A stretch of 64,000 bases of DNA from a virus (lineage: Duplodnaviria > Caudoviricetes), in the IMG/VR virus record IMGVR_UViG_3300005330_000014, positions 128,001 to 192,000 of that record; one strand, written 5' to 3'. This document shows positions 1 to 9,369 of this stretch, in pieces. How positions within the stretch are numbered: the first letter of the stretch is position 1; each line of letters starts with the position of its first letter. The position numbers were made by a program, and so were the translations under genes. Under the pieces are notes generated by a model that was given only the letters and a program-made list of their open reading frames with translations, ran no database searches and was not told the DNA's origin.

Positions 1-56
1 AATAACGCGTGGATTCATAATATTTATTACTTGTTAGTTTTTGATTTAGTTGTTAG

Positions 57-1133
57 TTATTTCTCGGTTTCTTTATTCATTTGTTCAGCTAAGATTTCAC
101 CTATAGACGTATTCAAAACGTTTGGATTTGAAGGAGGTAGCAATAAAAGTGGTTGCCCATCATTATCTAGTTTTAATTTTTCAGGATTTAAATCTAATTC
201 TTTTTGAGTTATTTCATGATCGAAAACCTCAACATATTCCAATTTTTCGTTCTCTAAATCGTGAGAATATTTCAGCCGAGCAGTTAGTCTTATTTGGTCC
301 GGCACAGTCTCTAACTCTCTTATGATATATTTTCTAATTAGTTTCTTGATTCCTTTATGATGTTTTTTGTATAACCATACAAGTTGGCTAATGGATAATT
401 CGCGCGAATAAGGATCGTCCCACAACACATATTTTTTTTTTATAGAATCCAAATCTCCCAATAGTGACATTTCAGACATTCTGTGGGCAACAACTTCTTG
501 AATCGGCCCTTGATATTTAAATGTCTTTTTAGTTCTAGAAAATGATTGCGATGGCAAATATGCTGTTTTTTGCTTAAGTGGTGCGGGCATCCAAATCTTA
601 TTACTATGCCATACTGTTTTTTCTTCATTCCAATGACCTAAAGACTCATTAAAAATATAAAACTCTCCTTTATTATCTAATATTACCATCTTGGAAGAAT
701 TAATATATCTTTCAATTAATTTTTTGAACCACCATGTAGTATAAGCTTCTATGTCTCCAGCAAGTATTTTTCGTAGAATAATGTTATTAAAAACATAAGT
801 GTCACTATGTTCTCCTTTGAAATCCAAATCCGATATTGTTCCATTAAAAGCAAAACATACGTTATCATTAATAGAAAATGGATGTAAGTTTTCAGGGATA
901 ATATGCCCGGACGAACATTTTCTAAAATGAACTAAAATAGGACACCCTGCTGGGATTAATGAGTAAAATTCATGAAAAGCTTTTAAATCTTTGTCAAAAT
1001 CTTTTCTAATAAACAATTGATTATCTTGCATATAAGCAATACCTAATCCATCATTATTTATTTTATAGATACTTTCAAAGGTTTCAAAAGTTTCCCGCTG
1101 AGAGTTAGGTTTATTTACGATAATAAGGCACAT
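57..1133 (-). CDS. Class II (Ntn-type) glutamine amidotransferase with extended C-terminus
   Basis: N-terminal MC nucleophile (MCLII), HFRKCSSG, NLHPF, FNGTI, HSDT match the class II GATase pattern (C1, HxRxAT, HPF, HNG, SDT). Confidence 0.8.
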   Translation of the reverse strand: MCLIIVNKPNSQRETFETFESIYKINNDGLGIAYMQDNQLFIRKDFDKDLKAFHEFYSLIPAGCPILVHFRKCSSGHIIPENLHPFSINDNVCFAFNGTISDLDFKGEHSDTYVFNNIILRKILAGDIEAYTTWWFKKLIERYINSSKMVILDNKGEFYIFNESLGHWNEEKTVWHSNKIWMPAPLKQKTAYLPSQSFSRTKKTFKYQGPIQEVVAHRMSEMSLLGDLDSIKKKYVLWDDPYSRELSISQLVWLYKKHHKGIKKLIRKYIIRELETVPDQIRLTARLKYSHDLENEKLEYVEVFDHEITQKELDLNPEKLKLDNDGQPLLLLPPSNPNVLNTSIGEILAEQMNKETEK

Positions 1134-1160
1134 TGGTAGTGGTGGTTAATTATGGAAATC

Positions 1161-1188
1161 AGACTAGCATCAAAAAGAGGAAAGTCAA
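1161..1188 (-). promoter_or_regulatory. Putative early sigma70-type promoter TTGACTTT-N11-TGCTAGTCT
   Basis: One of five copies with identical 11-nt spacing; 28 nt upstream of the GATase start. Confidence 0.7.
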
Positions 1189-1236
1189 ATTTTCGTTTTT
1201 AGGTGAATTTTTTAATTTAATGACTTAATTATTTAG

Positions 1237-1437
1237 TTATTTGAGATGAAAACTTAATGTCATCACGCTTTCTTTTCGAGGAAACTGGGTAGGGTTGGCC
1301 CACGTTTTGTCTCCAACGAATTTTACTGCAAAATCATCATTCGTTTTAAGCCAAGTGTCTTCTAGAGCGCGGAATTTACCATTAATTTTAATAGCCTCAA
1401 AAATTGAAAGCGTCCATTTTCGTTTGACATTTGACAT
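1237..1437 (-). CDS. Small hypothetical protein
   Basis: 66-aa ORF co-oriented with neighbours, fills the gap. Confidence 0.5.
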   Translation of the reverse strand: MSNVKRKWTLSIFEAIKINGKFRALEDTWLKTNDDFAVKFVGDKTWANPTQFPRKESVMTLSFHLK

Positions 1438-1468
1438 AAAATATAATATTATTTCTCGATACTTGTAT

Positions 1469-2308
1469 TTATATCATGTCCCCGATTTCAATCGATGCGA
1501 TTTCTGAATCTTCCAATAAGCCTTTTAAAAAAACTCCACGCTCTCTAGTGTTATAAGTAAATGGGACTATCTTATTTATTTTTCTAGGAAAAACCTGATC
1601 TAAATCCGCCTTTTTCTCTTTAATAGCCAAATCATAGCAAGGATAACAATGTTTTTTACCATTATACATGTGTCCGTTGCCGTAACCAACGAAAGGCTGC
1701 CCGCATTTTTCGCATTTATCCTTGGGAGGAATAACATAGCTAGGAGTTGAATTATATTTGAATAAACTAATATTTTCGGAGGTTCTAATTCCTTTCCCTC
1801 CACATTCCCACCAGTCCATAACCGGATTAAAAAAGTTAAACTTTCCGTCGTTATTCATTATTACGAAACGGCTGGATGTAGGTAACACTTTTTCCACTAA
1901 AAATTTAAAATAATCAGAACTAGCAGCGGACTTATTACAAAATCCTTTCAATAAGATTAATAAATTAATTGCGTGGCAATATTCAGGTTTATTAAGACTT
2001 GCTTTCATGTCCCAAATACGACCAGTCTGAGCCATAACTAAATCTTGGTCTATACGATACGGGCCACAAAAACCTTTGGTATTTTTTTCTGTGTAAGGTT
2101 CTTTAGCTATATCAATTAAACAAGAATGAGTTTTATTCTGTTCGTATAATTTAAGCAAGGAGTCGAATTGCTTGAAGTTTTTACGAATATATATTTTTCC
2201 ATTTTTAGCTACCGCAATACCATATAAATCCGCCCGCTCATTCTTCATTTTTTCTATTAAAATTTCTGGCAACTCAATATCGGCAGGCTTACAAATTAGA
2301 ATACTCAT
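1469..2308 (-). CDS. Degenerate class II GATase-like protein (no Cys1) with C-terminal CxxC motifs
   Basis: YGIAVAKNGKIYIRK, GPYRI and SRFVIMNNDGKF parallel the intact paralogs; starts MSILICK; CEKC/CYPC near the C-terminus. Confidence 0.55.
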   Translation of the reverse strand: MSILICKPADIELPEILIEKMKNERADLYGIAVAKNGKIYIRKNFKQFDSLLKLYEQNKTHSCLIDIAKEPYTEKNTKGFCGPYRIDQDLVMAQTGRIWDMKASLNKPEYCHAINLLILLKGFCNKSAASSDYFKFLVEKVLPTSSRFVIMNNDGKFNFFNPVMDWWECGGKGIRTSENISLFKYNSTPSYVIPPKDKCEKCGQPFVGYGNGHMYNGKKHCYPCYDLAIKEKKADLDQVFPRKINKIVPFTYNTRERGVFLKGLLEDSEIASIEIGDMI

Positions 2309-2364
2309 AAAAACAAATAATATATTTCAATAATTTTAAGTTAATTTTTAACTACATACCAATA

Positions 2365-2931
2365 CTAATCGCGGAATCTCATATTCATATAGTCATATTC
2401 TTCATCAGGATCATAATGTTTATATGGTTTGCCATAAATACCATAATGAATTCCATTATAAATATATTTACTATATAAATGGTAAAAAGTAAATTCTCCA
2501 TTATTATTTAACAAAGCGATTGGAACTACTTTAGATATTGCTTCATCTAATAAATATCCAAAATTAGTTTGAGTAGGGTCTTTAGTAAGCTTACAAAACT
2601 TATCCAATAACGCAGATATGTTTAATAGATCAATACTATCTTTTGAATCAAACACAACCGAGTATTTGCCGTGGCAAAAGAAAATTGGCTCAACCTCTCT
2701 TTTGACAATACTAATCAAGGCTGCATAATTTTCCTTGTTAAGCCAATCAATTGTTTTTACTAATTCTCTGACTGAAGAGATTTTAATAAATCCTAGCGTT
2801 GATTTTTCGGAGCAATAAGCATATACAATATATATAAAATAATTGCCAATTGTTTGGTTATTTTTGGTTTCGATATTTTCTAAAATATCATCGAAATCTA
2901 ATTCAGCATTTTTTACTTTTGCTATAAACAT
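2365..2931 (-). CDS. Highly diverged GATase-like protein (tentative)
   Basis: IALLNNNGEFTFY resembles the LALLDNEGKI / MVILDNKGEFY segment of the paralogs; catalytic motifs absent. Confidence 0.35.
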   Translation of the reverse strand: MFIAKVKNAELDFDDILENIETKNNQTIGNYFIYIVYAYCSEKSTLGFIKISSVRELVKTIDWLNKENYAALISIVKREVEPIFFCHGKYSVVFDSKDSIDLLNISALLDKFCKLTKDPTQTNFGYLLDEAISKVVPIALLNNNGEFTFYHLYSKYIYNGIHYGIYGKPYKHYDPDEEYDYMNMRFRD

Positions 2932-2971
2932 AAGTTTAGGTTTAAAATTTTAGTTTAAATCTTAAACTATA

Positions 2972-4582
2972 CTATTTAATAGCTTGATTGTAAGTTTTAG
3001 TATAAAAAGACTTAAATTCGTCGTTGGCATCGAAAAACTTATATAAGTAAGGATAATCTTGTCTGTTTTTGCAAACAAATTCATAGAAGAACACCCAGCT
3101 TGCCATATCTTTAATCGAAGCATTACCGGGGCGGCAGAAATCGCACAAAGAGGCCACGAAATCTATGTTTTTCAATAACTCATTTTTGTCTTTAGTTGAT
3201 CTGAAAATTCTAAATTCTACTGTTTGACCGTTGCTAGATTCAAAATTCACAGCAGTTCTATGATCGAATTTAAGTCTAATAACTTCCCCAGCCCCAGAAA
3301 CGATATGCCCATTTTTAAATTGGAGGCCGCGAGTTGTAGTAAAGTCACTAAACATATTTGCTTTACGACCGGCCATAATCTCAATAAATTGTCTATTGTT
3401 GGGGTTATGAATAAACGTCATTAATTTAGAGGCGGCAAGACCATAACCGCTCTGCCCTAGAGTTTTACCGTACCAATCATCTCCATGAGTTAAAGCATTT
3501 TTACTAATATGAATATGGCACCCGCAGCCCGTTCCCCGATCAGCCCCTTGTTGGGGAGGTTGATAAGGAGCGCAATAAATACTATCATTATTTAATATAG
3601 CCTCAAAGAAACTATTCCACGCTTCGCGATGATATTTAATATCAGCGGGGCAAGAAACCACTTCAAATCCCATTTGTAATGTGCCATCCCTCTTAATAAT
3701 AGCTTTTAATTCGCTCTTTTTAATTACTTCATCGGCATCAATCAAACCGCGACCATAATTGTCTCTAACTTCGTATTCTAATTCTACTCCAATTAATTTT
3801 GGATGTACTCCGCTTGCCGTAACAGAAAAAGAGTTAATATCTTTATCACCGAAAGCGGCTTTTGTAATCTCGCTAACTAATTTATTAGAAGAATCGCTAA
3901 TATGTTCTTTAAAATGGCGCTCGCTTCTATCAGTATAGGCTTTCAGAATAATTCTAGAAGCATTTCCCTGACAATTACCGCAAAATCCTTTATAAAAGTT
4001 TTTAGAATTTTCAAAGTTATGCTGACAGTATTTACATGTAACAATCTTTTTTGCATCAAAACAAGATTTGCAGCAATTACCAGAATTTCCATTATTTAAA
4101 ATAAAAGGAACATAAGAAGATAAACTATTTACTGTTATCTTTTTTTCACATAAACTGCATTTCATATCTAAGCTTGAATCTAAACTTGAATCTTCGGTTT
4201 CAGTTACCGTGAAATAACTATTACCATAAATTGATACGGAGGGATTAATAGGTCTACGTAAAGGATGTTTAATCTCATTATTACTTTCATCAGAACAATC
4301 TTCCTCTTGAGAGTCTGCCCTTTTTTCCGAAACTTTAGGGGCTCGTGTTTTAATTACTTTGCTCCCTCTAACTACTGAATTATATTTAATTGGACGAGGC
4401 TCTTTCGGGGCAGACGCCTTAGCATAACTCAATTCTTCGTTCTGAGCCGGAATAGATTTCTTTAATTCTCCTCTCTTTGTTTCTAATTCCTCAATGCGCT
4501 CGCGAAAACTTCTCGATGCAGTCTCGACGTAAGGCTTTACGGTAATAGAAGGTTTTGATTCGATATTTTTTTCTTCAGACAT
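2972..4582 (-). CDS. Putative amidoligase (COOH-NH2 ligase, glutamine-synthetase-like fold) with Cys-rich N-terminal region
   Basis: IGVELEYE, KRDGTL, GFEVVSCP, GCGCHIHIS, VEFRIFRST match the Amidoligase_2-type pattern; CSLC, CCKSC, CKYC, CGNC upstream. Confidence 0.8.
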   Translation of the reverse strand: MSEEKNIESKPSITVKPYVETASRSFRERIEELETKRGELKKSIPAQNEELSYAKASAPKEPRPIKYNSVVRGSKVIKTRAPKVSEKRADSQEEDCSDESNNEIKHPLRRPINPSVSIYGNSYFTVTETEDSSLDSSLDMKCSLCEKKITVNSLSSYVPFILNNGNSGNCCKSCFDAKKIVTCKYCQHNFENSKNFYKGFCGNCQGNASRIILKAYTDRSERHFKEHISDSSNKLVSEITKAAFGDKDINSFSVTASGVHPKLIGVELEYEVRDNYGRGLIDADEVIKKSELKAIIKRDGTLQMGFEVVSCPADIKYHREAWNSFFEAILNNDSIYCAPYQPPQQGADRGTGCGCHIHISKNALTHGDDWYGKTLGQSGYGLAASKLMTFIHNPNNRQFIEIMAGRKANMFSDFTTTRGLQFKNGHIVSGAGEVIRLKFDHRTAVNFESSNGQTVEFRIFRSTKDKNELLKNIDFVASLCDFCRPGNASIKDMASWVFFYEFVCKNRQDYPYLYKFFDANDEFKSFYTKTYNQAIK

Positions 4583-4628
4583 ATAATTTAATGGTTAATA
4601 ATTTTGTTTGACTTAGTTTTATTGAGTT

Positions 4629-5492
4629 TTATTTACTTGTCGCGTTGATAGTATCTAAATAATGATCTACCTCTTCGAGTTCATCAGCGGGGATTTCTTC
4701 TAAATTAACAAAATCTTCTGCTTCAGATTCTAAACGTAATGTTTCTGCCATGCGGTCTGCGGCATCTAGTTCATTTTCAATATCTACTACATTATCTTCA
4801 TTACTGTCATGCTCTGGAAAATCAGGGTCCACCGGATGATTAACTATTCTAATTAGTCCGCCGCCCGTTCCGCTATTTTGCCTATGAGGATTAGGGCCAA
4901 AATAACTATTATTTATATTATTATTTGTAAATCTTTCTTTAATTTCTTTATAATATCCGTTAGATGCCCAAATTACTCCTTCTTCGATCCATTCCCCGCT
5001 TTCCTCATTAATTATTTCGATTTTTCCCTCGTTATCTAATAAGGCTAATTTATTTCCTTTCCCAATGGCATTTTTAACAAACCACAAAAAACCTTTATTT
5101 CTCCACCATTTCCTTTTCGGGTTATCATTATCAAAACCTTTTAGGATAATTTCTCCAAATCCAAAGGTATCGCTCATTCCAGCAAATTTAGAACTAAAAT
5201 AATGTAAAACTCCATTATGGCAAAAATGCAAACGGTCTGAAATTACAAACGGGTGGCAATTAGCTTCATTTTTGGCTCCACTGGTGGCAAATCGGGCGTG
5301 GACGATAATTGGACAACCAATAGTTTTTTTGTAAGCTTCATACAATGAAGCAAAATCAAAAAATCCTTTTTCTATATGAATAGCCCCATCTTTAAAATAA
5401 GAGAAGCCCGCTCCATCTCCGTTTGAATTAACAATGTTTTCCAGAAATTCCGCCGGTAGTTCTTTTCCAGTCGATGTTAGAATAGTACACAT
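4629..5492 (-). CDS. Class II glutamine amidotransferase with acidic tail
   Basis: MCTIL, NGDGAGF, HARFATSG, NCHPF, HNGVL, MSDT. Confidence 0.85.
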   Translation of the reverse strand: MCTILTSTGKELPAEFLENIVNSNGDGAGFSYFKDGAIHIEKGFFDFASLYEAYKKTIGCPIIVHARFATSGAKNEANCHPFVISDRLHFCHNGVLHYFSSKFAGMSDTFGFGEIILKGFDNDNPKRKWWRNKGFLWFVKNAIGKGNKLALLDNEGKIEIINEESGEWIEEGVIWASNGYYKEIKERFTNNNINNSYFGPNPHRQNSGTGGGLIRIVNHPVDPDFPEHDSNEDNVVDIENELDAADRMAETLRLESEAEDFVNLEEIPADELEEVDHYLDTINATSK

Positions 5493-5540
5493 ACGATTTA
5501 ATACTGATTTATTTCGTCTTTTTTGGGTTATGTTGAAATC

Positions 5541-5568
5541 AGGCTAGCATCCAAATCTGAAAAGTCAA
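5541..5568 (-). promoter_or_regulatory. Putative early promoter TTGACTTT-N11-TGCTAGCCT
   Basis: Same motif and same flanks (AAAAACGAAAAT 5', GATTTC 3') as the copy at 1161-1188. Confidence 0.7.
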
Positions 5569-5635
5569 ATTTTCGTTTTTTTCGCCTGAGCTTTTAGTTT
5601 ATCTAAATTTATTGATTTGTTTCAAGTAAAGCAAA

Positions 5636-6052
5636 TTACCACGGGAGAGCTTCATCTCGATATTCCTCTTCAAGAGATTCTAAGATTTCGTCTATTTCAT
5701 CCGCCTCTGACTTGACAATATTCTTTTTATGTTTAACTGACCTAGATTTTCCTTTATCTTTATCTAAAACAAACATGTCGGTTAGAGGATGATTATGATA
5801 AAAACCAGCTTTTAATTCTTTGTTTATAGGTTTGATTTCAGTATCTAAAATCAGGCTTAAGATATAATAAGATATTCTCCATTTAGAAAAACCGGGGACT
5901 ATCACGGTATTACTCTGACTGAAAGTATTTATTAGGTATGTATTTTTACTTTCGCAACTAAATATTTCTACGATCTCTCCCCAAGACTTATGGAAAGCTT
6001 CTTTAACAGAAAATCTCGCGCCCGGCTTTAGTAATGTTCCAAGATTATTCAT
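5636..6052 (-). CDS. Hypothetical protein carrying the HNHPLTDMF motif
   Basis: 138-aa ORF; motif at 5771-5797. Confidence 0.7.
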   Translation of the reverse strand: MNNLGTLLKPGARFSVKEAFHKSWGEIVEIFSCESKNTYLINTFSQSNTVIVPGFSKWRISYYILSLILDTEIKPINKELKAGFYHNHPLTDMFVLDKDKGKSRSVKHKKNIVKSEADEIDEILESLEEEYRDEALPW

Positions 6053-6139
6053 AGAAATTTTAAATTTGTTTTATAAAACCTTAAATTCAAAATCATGTAA
6101 TTTAAGTAGAATAACATCAAATATGAAAAACAAAAATAA

Positions 6140-6555
6140 ACATCGCGGCAACAGTTAAGACACCACAAGCCTGTCTCGAAAGAGAGTGGACATTAAGGAC
6201 ATTTTTCCGAAAGGCGAACCACGGTACTTCAGGAGCGCGAGCCGTCATTACTTAATGAAAAATTTGCAGAAACTTAGCGGGAAACGCAAGGGCAAAAATC
6301 CTAAACAAGTAGACATAGTTGAAATTATTCTCATAGTTTAATGTAGTTATCTAGCCTAATCCCCGATAAAAAACGGGAAGGAACCTACTGTAATGACGCT
6401 ATATTAAATAATATATTTTATTTGTATTGACCGTAAGGTTTAATATAGTGGACTTTTCATGTTCTAACGAGTTTCCGCAGGGCAATATCATTAAACTTTA
6501 ATAAGGTACAATCAAATAATAAAAACGCAGTTTTTAAACCGTAATGTAGGTTAGT
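6140..6555 (+). ncRNA. Candidate large structured ncRNA (unidentified)
   Basis: ~500-nt ORF-free gap with GNRA-capped hairpins on + (TCTC-GAAA-GAGA, CC-GAAA-GG, ACC-GTAA-GGT) and long-range complementarity CGTCATTAC/GTAATGACG; boundaries approximate. Confidence 0.45.
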
Positions 6556-7527
6556 TTATATATCTGAACCGCCCGGGAAATGATCTTGACAAACAATTAA
6601 TGGATTTCTTTTTGGCGGCGCAGCGTCTAATACTTTTTGTGCAATTATTTTTTCTTGAAGAATCTTTAAATATTTTGCTATATTATTTTTTGCTGCCTCT
6701 TCATATTTCAACTTAAAGAAGTCGATAGTGAAAATAGGAGTCTTTTTATTTAATAATTGAGAATAAATTAGTTGCTGATTACGATAAAATTCTTTTTTAG
6801 GTAAATAGGTTGCATCTCTTTGTATTAATTCCTGATTTTCAACAAAAAGATCAAACGGGCAGCCCAACCGAGACAATCTTAAATTTAAGAAAACATTTTC
6901 TTCTGCGCTTAAAGTTGCGTAATTTAAATCGGCGCAAGTCTCAATTAAACGTTGAATATTTTTAACATAAACCGCCGGGAAATTAAAATGTTCTTCCAAA
7001 AAAGAGGCTGCGTCCCTTGCGTGAACAGTAAATGTTCTATTCTTCCCAGAAAAACGATGTAATAAACAAGCGAGAATAACGCTTGCAGATGATTGCTGCA
7101 CAATACTTGCACAGTATTTATCGTTTTGTTTTAATAGAAAATAATAATAACTTAAATTAAAGTAAGGAGAACTATCGGCATTTGATCGAATCTTATTCCA
7201 TAATGGCTCTAAATCTGAAATAGTAATAGATTTTACTATACATAGCCCTTTAGATAGTTGATTATAAATATAATCCATTTGAGCCACCTTATCTGATGGA
7301 CGAAATTCTTCCATAGCTCTTTTTCTATCGTCTTGCGCTCTATCTAGTTTTAATCGATCAATCGCCATTTTTGCTTCTGGTGTAGTTTGTTCTATTGCTG
7401 TTTGGGCAATTTCAACTTCTTGTGCTTTAACAACCATATATTTCTTTATTTCGTTTTCTTGTATTTTTCTTTGAATTCTTAAATCAAATGTCGTAATTGC
7501 TTTGTGAATTCGTCTAAAAAACTGCAT
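6556..7527 (-). CDS. Hypothetical protein (putative early gene)
   Basis: 323-aa ORF directly downstream of an early-type promoter; no family recognised. Confidence 0.75.
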   Translation of the reverse strand: MQFFRRIHKAITTFDLRIQRKIQENEIKKYMVVKAQEVEIAQTAIEQTTPEAKMAIDRLKLDRAQDDRKRAMEEFRPSDKVAQMDYIYNQLSKGLCIVKSITISDLEPLWNKIRSNADSSPYFNLSYYYFLLKQNDKYCASIVQQSSASVILACLLHRFSGKNRTFTVHARDAASFLEEHFNFPAVYVKNIQRLIETCADLNYATLSAEENVFLNLRLSRLGCPFDLFVENQELIQRDATYLPKKEFYRNQQLIYSQLLNKKTPIFTIDFFKLKYEEAAKNNIAKYLKILQEKIIAQKVLDAAPPKRNPLIVCQDHFPGGSDI

Positions 7528-7536
7528 GATTCCAAA

Positions 7537-7564
7537 ATCCTAGCATCTAAAGAATGAAAGTCAA
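7537..7564 (-). promoter_or_regulatory. Putative early promoter TTGACTTT-N11-TGCTAGGAT
   Basis: Third copy of the motif, 10 nt upstream of the 6556-7527 start. Confidence 0.7.
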
Positions 7565-7632
7565 CTTTTGCCATTTATTTTCTGATTTAATTCAAGAAAT
7601 TTCACGTTTATATAAGATAGAAGGAAAATAAA

Positions 7633-7640
7633 GTGTAAAT
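7633..7640 (+). promoter_or_regulatory. GTGTAAAT motif (putative late promoter)
   Basis: One of seven copies at gene boundaries; immediately precedes the structured segment. Confidence 0.4.
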
Positions 7641-7790
7641 GAGATTGGCAATTAATTGTCCCGCCGCGAGGCAGAACAAAAATCGCTTTATTAAACTTAA
7701 ATGCGAACAAACGGGCCGCTGAACCTTCAAGCGGATGACAAAGCCAATCAAAATCGGCCCGCTTTTCTCAAAATTGACCGATCAAAACAA
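7641..7790 (+). ncRNA. Candidate structured RNA or leader with possible pseudoknot
   Basis: GATTGGC/GCCAATC, GCC-GCGA-GGC, TCGC/GCGA, CCGCT/AGCGG and CGGGCCG/CGGCCCG complementarities within ~120 nt. Confidence 0.4.
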
Positions 7791-7945
7791 AACAATTTTT
7801 CTCTGTAAATTATCATTCTTAAGAATTTTATTGTCTCAAAACTTGATTATGAGTCTCATTAATGTAGATTCGTAAGTGTCTGGTATCCAAATGGTTTGGA
7901 GGCAGGAAAGTAAATTCAACAAAAAAAGGAAGGCTAGGAAAGTTT

Positions 7946-8821
7946 ATGGATAAAAACGCAATTATTAAGCAGTATGAAACAGTGGCTTATTCTCACCCCG
8001 TTCTTAAAAAACAGGAAGAATATGATTTAATTAAAGGGTATAAAAAAAATGGCGACCCTGCGGCCAAGGAAAAATTAATTAACTCCTATTTGAGAACGGT
8101 TATTAATTTGTCGAAAAAATTCGCACACAATAATAACCTTGACATTTTAGACTTAATTCAATCTGGAATCGTGGGAATTGTGACAGCATTGGATGGGTTT
8201 GATTTAAGTCAGTATAAGAAAATAACTAAAAATACAGGAAGCTTGTTCGCTTTTTGGTGCTATCGCCATATTTTATGTGAGATAGATGCATATTATCGTA
8301 ATAACATTCGTCAAGTAGCTGTTACTTTTACTACAAATAACAGGCTATTTAAAATAAACAATATGTATAAACAAGGTTTATTTAATAAATATGAAACATT
8401 GTATGATGATGCTGTAGTTAAACATATCTCAAAAGAACTTAAATTAAAAGATAAAGAAGTAAAACTATTATTAACTTTATTTAAGCCAGCGGTGGAACTT
8501 GACAGAGAGCCAGAAACTTCTGAAAGCGAACACGATAACCACAATTCAAGTTATCAAGATACTATTCTAAAAGATTATTCTGATAATGAAACCCCGGCGG
8601 ATATTTATGAAAGAAATGAAAAGTATGAAGATTTAATTAGTAAAATTGATAACCTTGATAAAGAAGATCGTTATATTATTCAACATCGTTTTGGAATTAA
8701 TTGCGAAGTAGAAAGTTTGTCTGATATTGGCAAGAAAATCGGATGCTCTACTGGAAATGTGGCCGCGCGGACTAAAAAAATTCAAGATAAGCTGAAAAAT
8801 ATGATTACGACTCAAATCTAA
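7946..8821 (+). CDS. Phage-encoded sigma70-family RNA polymerase sigma factor
   Basis: Region 1.2/2-like (EEYDLIKGY, AKEKLINSYLRTV, DLIQSGIVG, FD, FAFW) and region 4 HTH (IIQHRFGI...SLSDIGKKIG). Confidence 0.85.
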   Translation: MDKNAIIKQYETVAYSHPVLKKQEEYDLIKGYKKNGDPAAKEKLINSYLRTVINLSKKFAHNNNLDILDLIQSGIVGIVTALDGFDLSQYKKITKNTGSLFAFWCYRHILCEIDAYYRNNIRQVAVTFTTNNRLFKINNMYKQGLFNKYETLYDDAVVKHISKELKLKDKEVKLLLTLFKPAVELDREPETSESEHDNHNSSYQDTILKDYSDNETPADIYERNEKYEDLISKIDNLDKEDRYIIQHRFGINCEVESLSDIGKKIGCSTGNVAARTKKIQDKLKNMITTQI

Positions 8822-8829
8822 ATCATATA
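8821..8829 (+). promoter_or_regulatory. AATCATATA motif (putative middle-promoter element); also at 9844, 16403, 41258, 42858
   Basis: Identical 9-mer shortly upstream of several gene starts. Confidence 0.35.
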
Positions 8830-8857
8830 ACGAAACAGACACTAAAATCTCAAATCT

Positions 8858-9181
8858 ATGAATACACACGATTCCATCCCCGAAGTCGGGGCTCAAACCG
8901 GCGATGACTCAGAAAAAGTCGCACAAACTCAAAATCAACAAATTGCTTATTTAATTGAAGCGACTACTGTTGATACTCATGTAAATATTATGATTTCTTT
9001 ACTTGAAAAAATCAATTTCAAGTTAGTTCAGAATATTCTTGAAAATACCCCGGCGGATAAACAGGATAATCTTCACTATAAAGTTCTTAAGGCGACTTTT
9101 GAATACTATGAGCATGTAAATGATGCTTTTAATGACGAAGCCGCGCCCGAAGCCCCTTTAATTACTCCAGTATTTAGATAA
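8858..9181 (+). CDS. Hypothetical protein
   Basis: 107-aa co-oriented ORF. Confidence 0.7.
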   Translation: MNTHDSIPEVGAQTGDDSEKVAQTQNQQIAYLIEATTVDTHVNIMISLLEKINFKLVQNILENTPADKQDNLHYKVLKATFEYYEHVNDAFNDEAAPEAPLITPVFR

Positions 9182-9369
9182 ATGATGAATTTCAATATCG
9201 AAAGCAATTCTGAAAAATATGAGCCTAGTCCAGAAGAGTTAGCAGAATTTGGATTAATGGAATTATTACAAATTAATTGTCCCGATAAGGATAGGCATAA
9301 TGCAATTCGACTAAGCGGTAGCGATGACGGGTGCCTCACTTGCGGATATTATAGCAAATAATCATACTT

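Noticed and set aside
6140-6555. Group I or group II intron identity for the structured gap
   Set aside because: No convincing P7 (GACUA/UAGUC) or domain V; the flanking ORFs are complete and do not join into one gene
7690-7740. TTAAATGCGAAC resembles a tmRNA resume context (would encode ANKRAAEPSSG)
   Set aside because: No tRNA-like acceptor stem, T-arm or CCA nearby, and the peptide lacks a hydrophobic Ala-rich degron end
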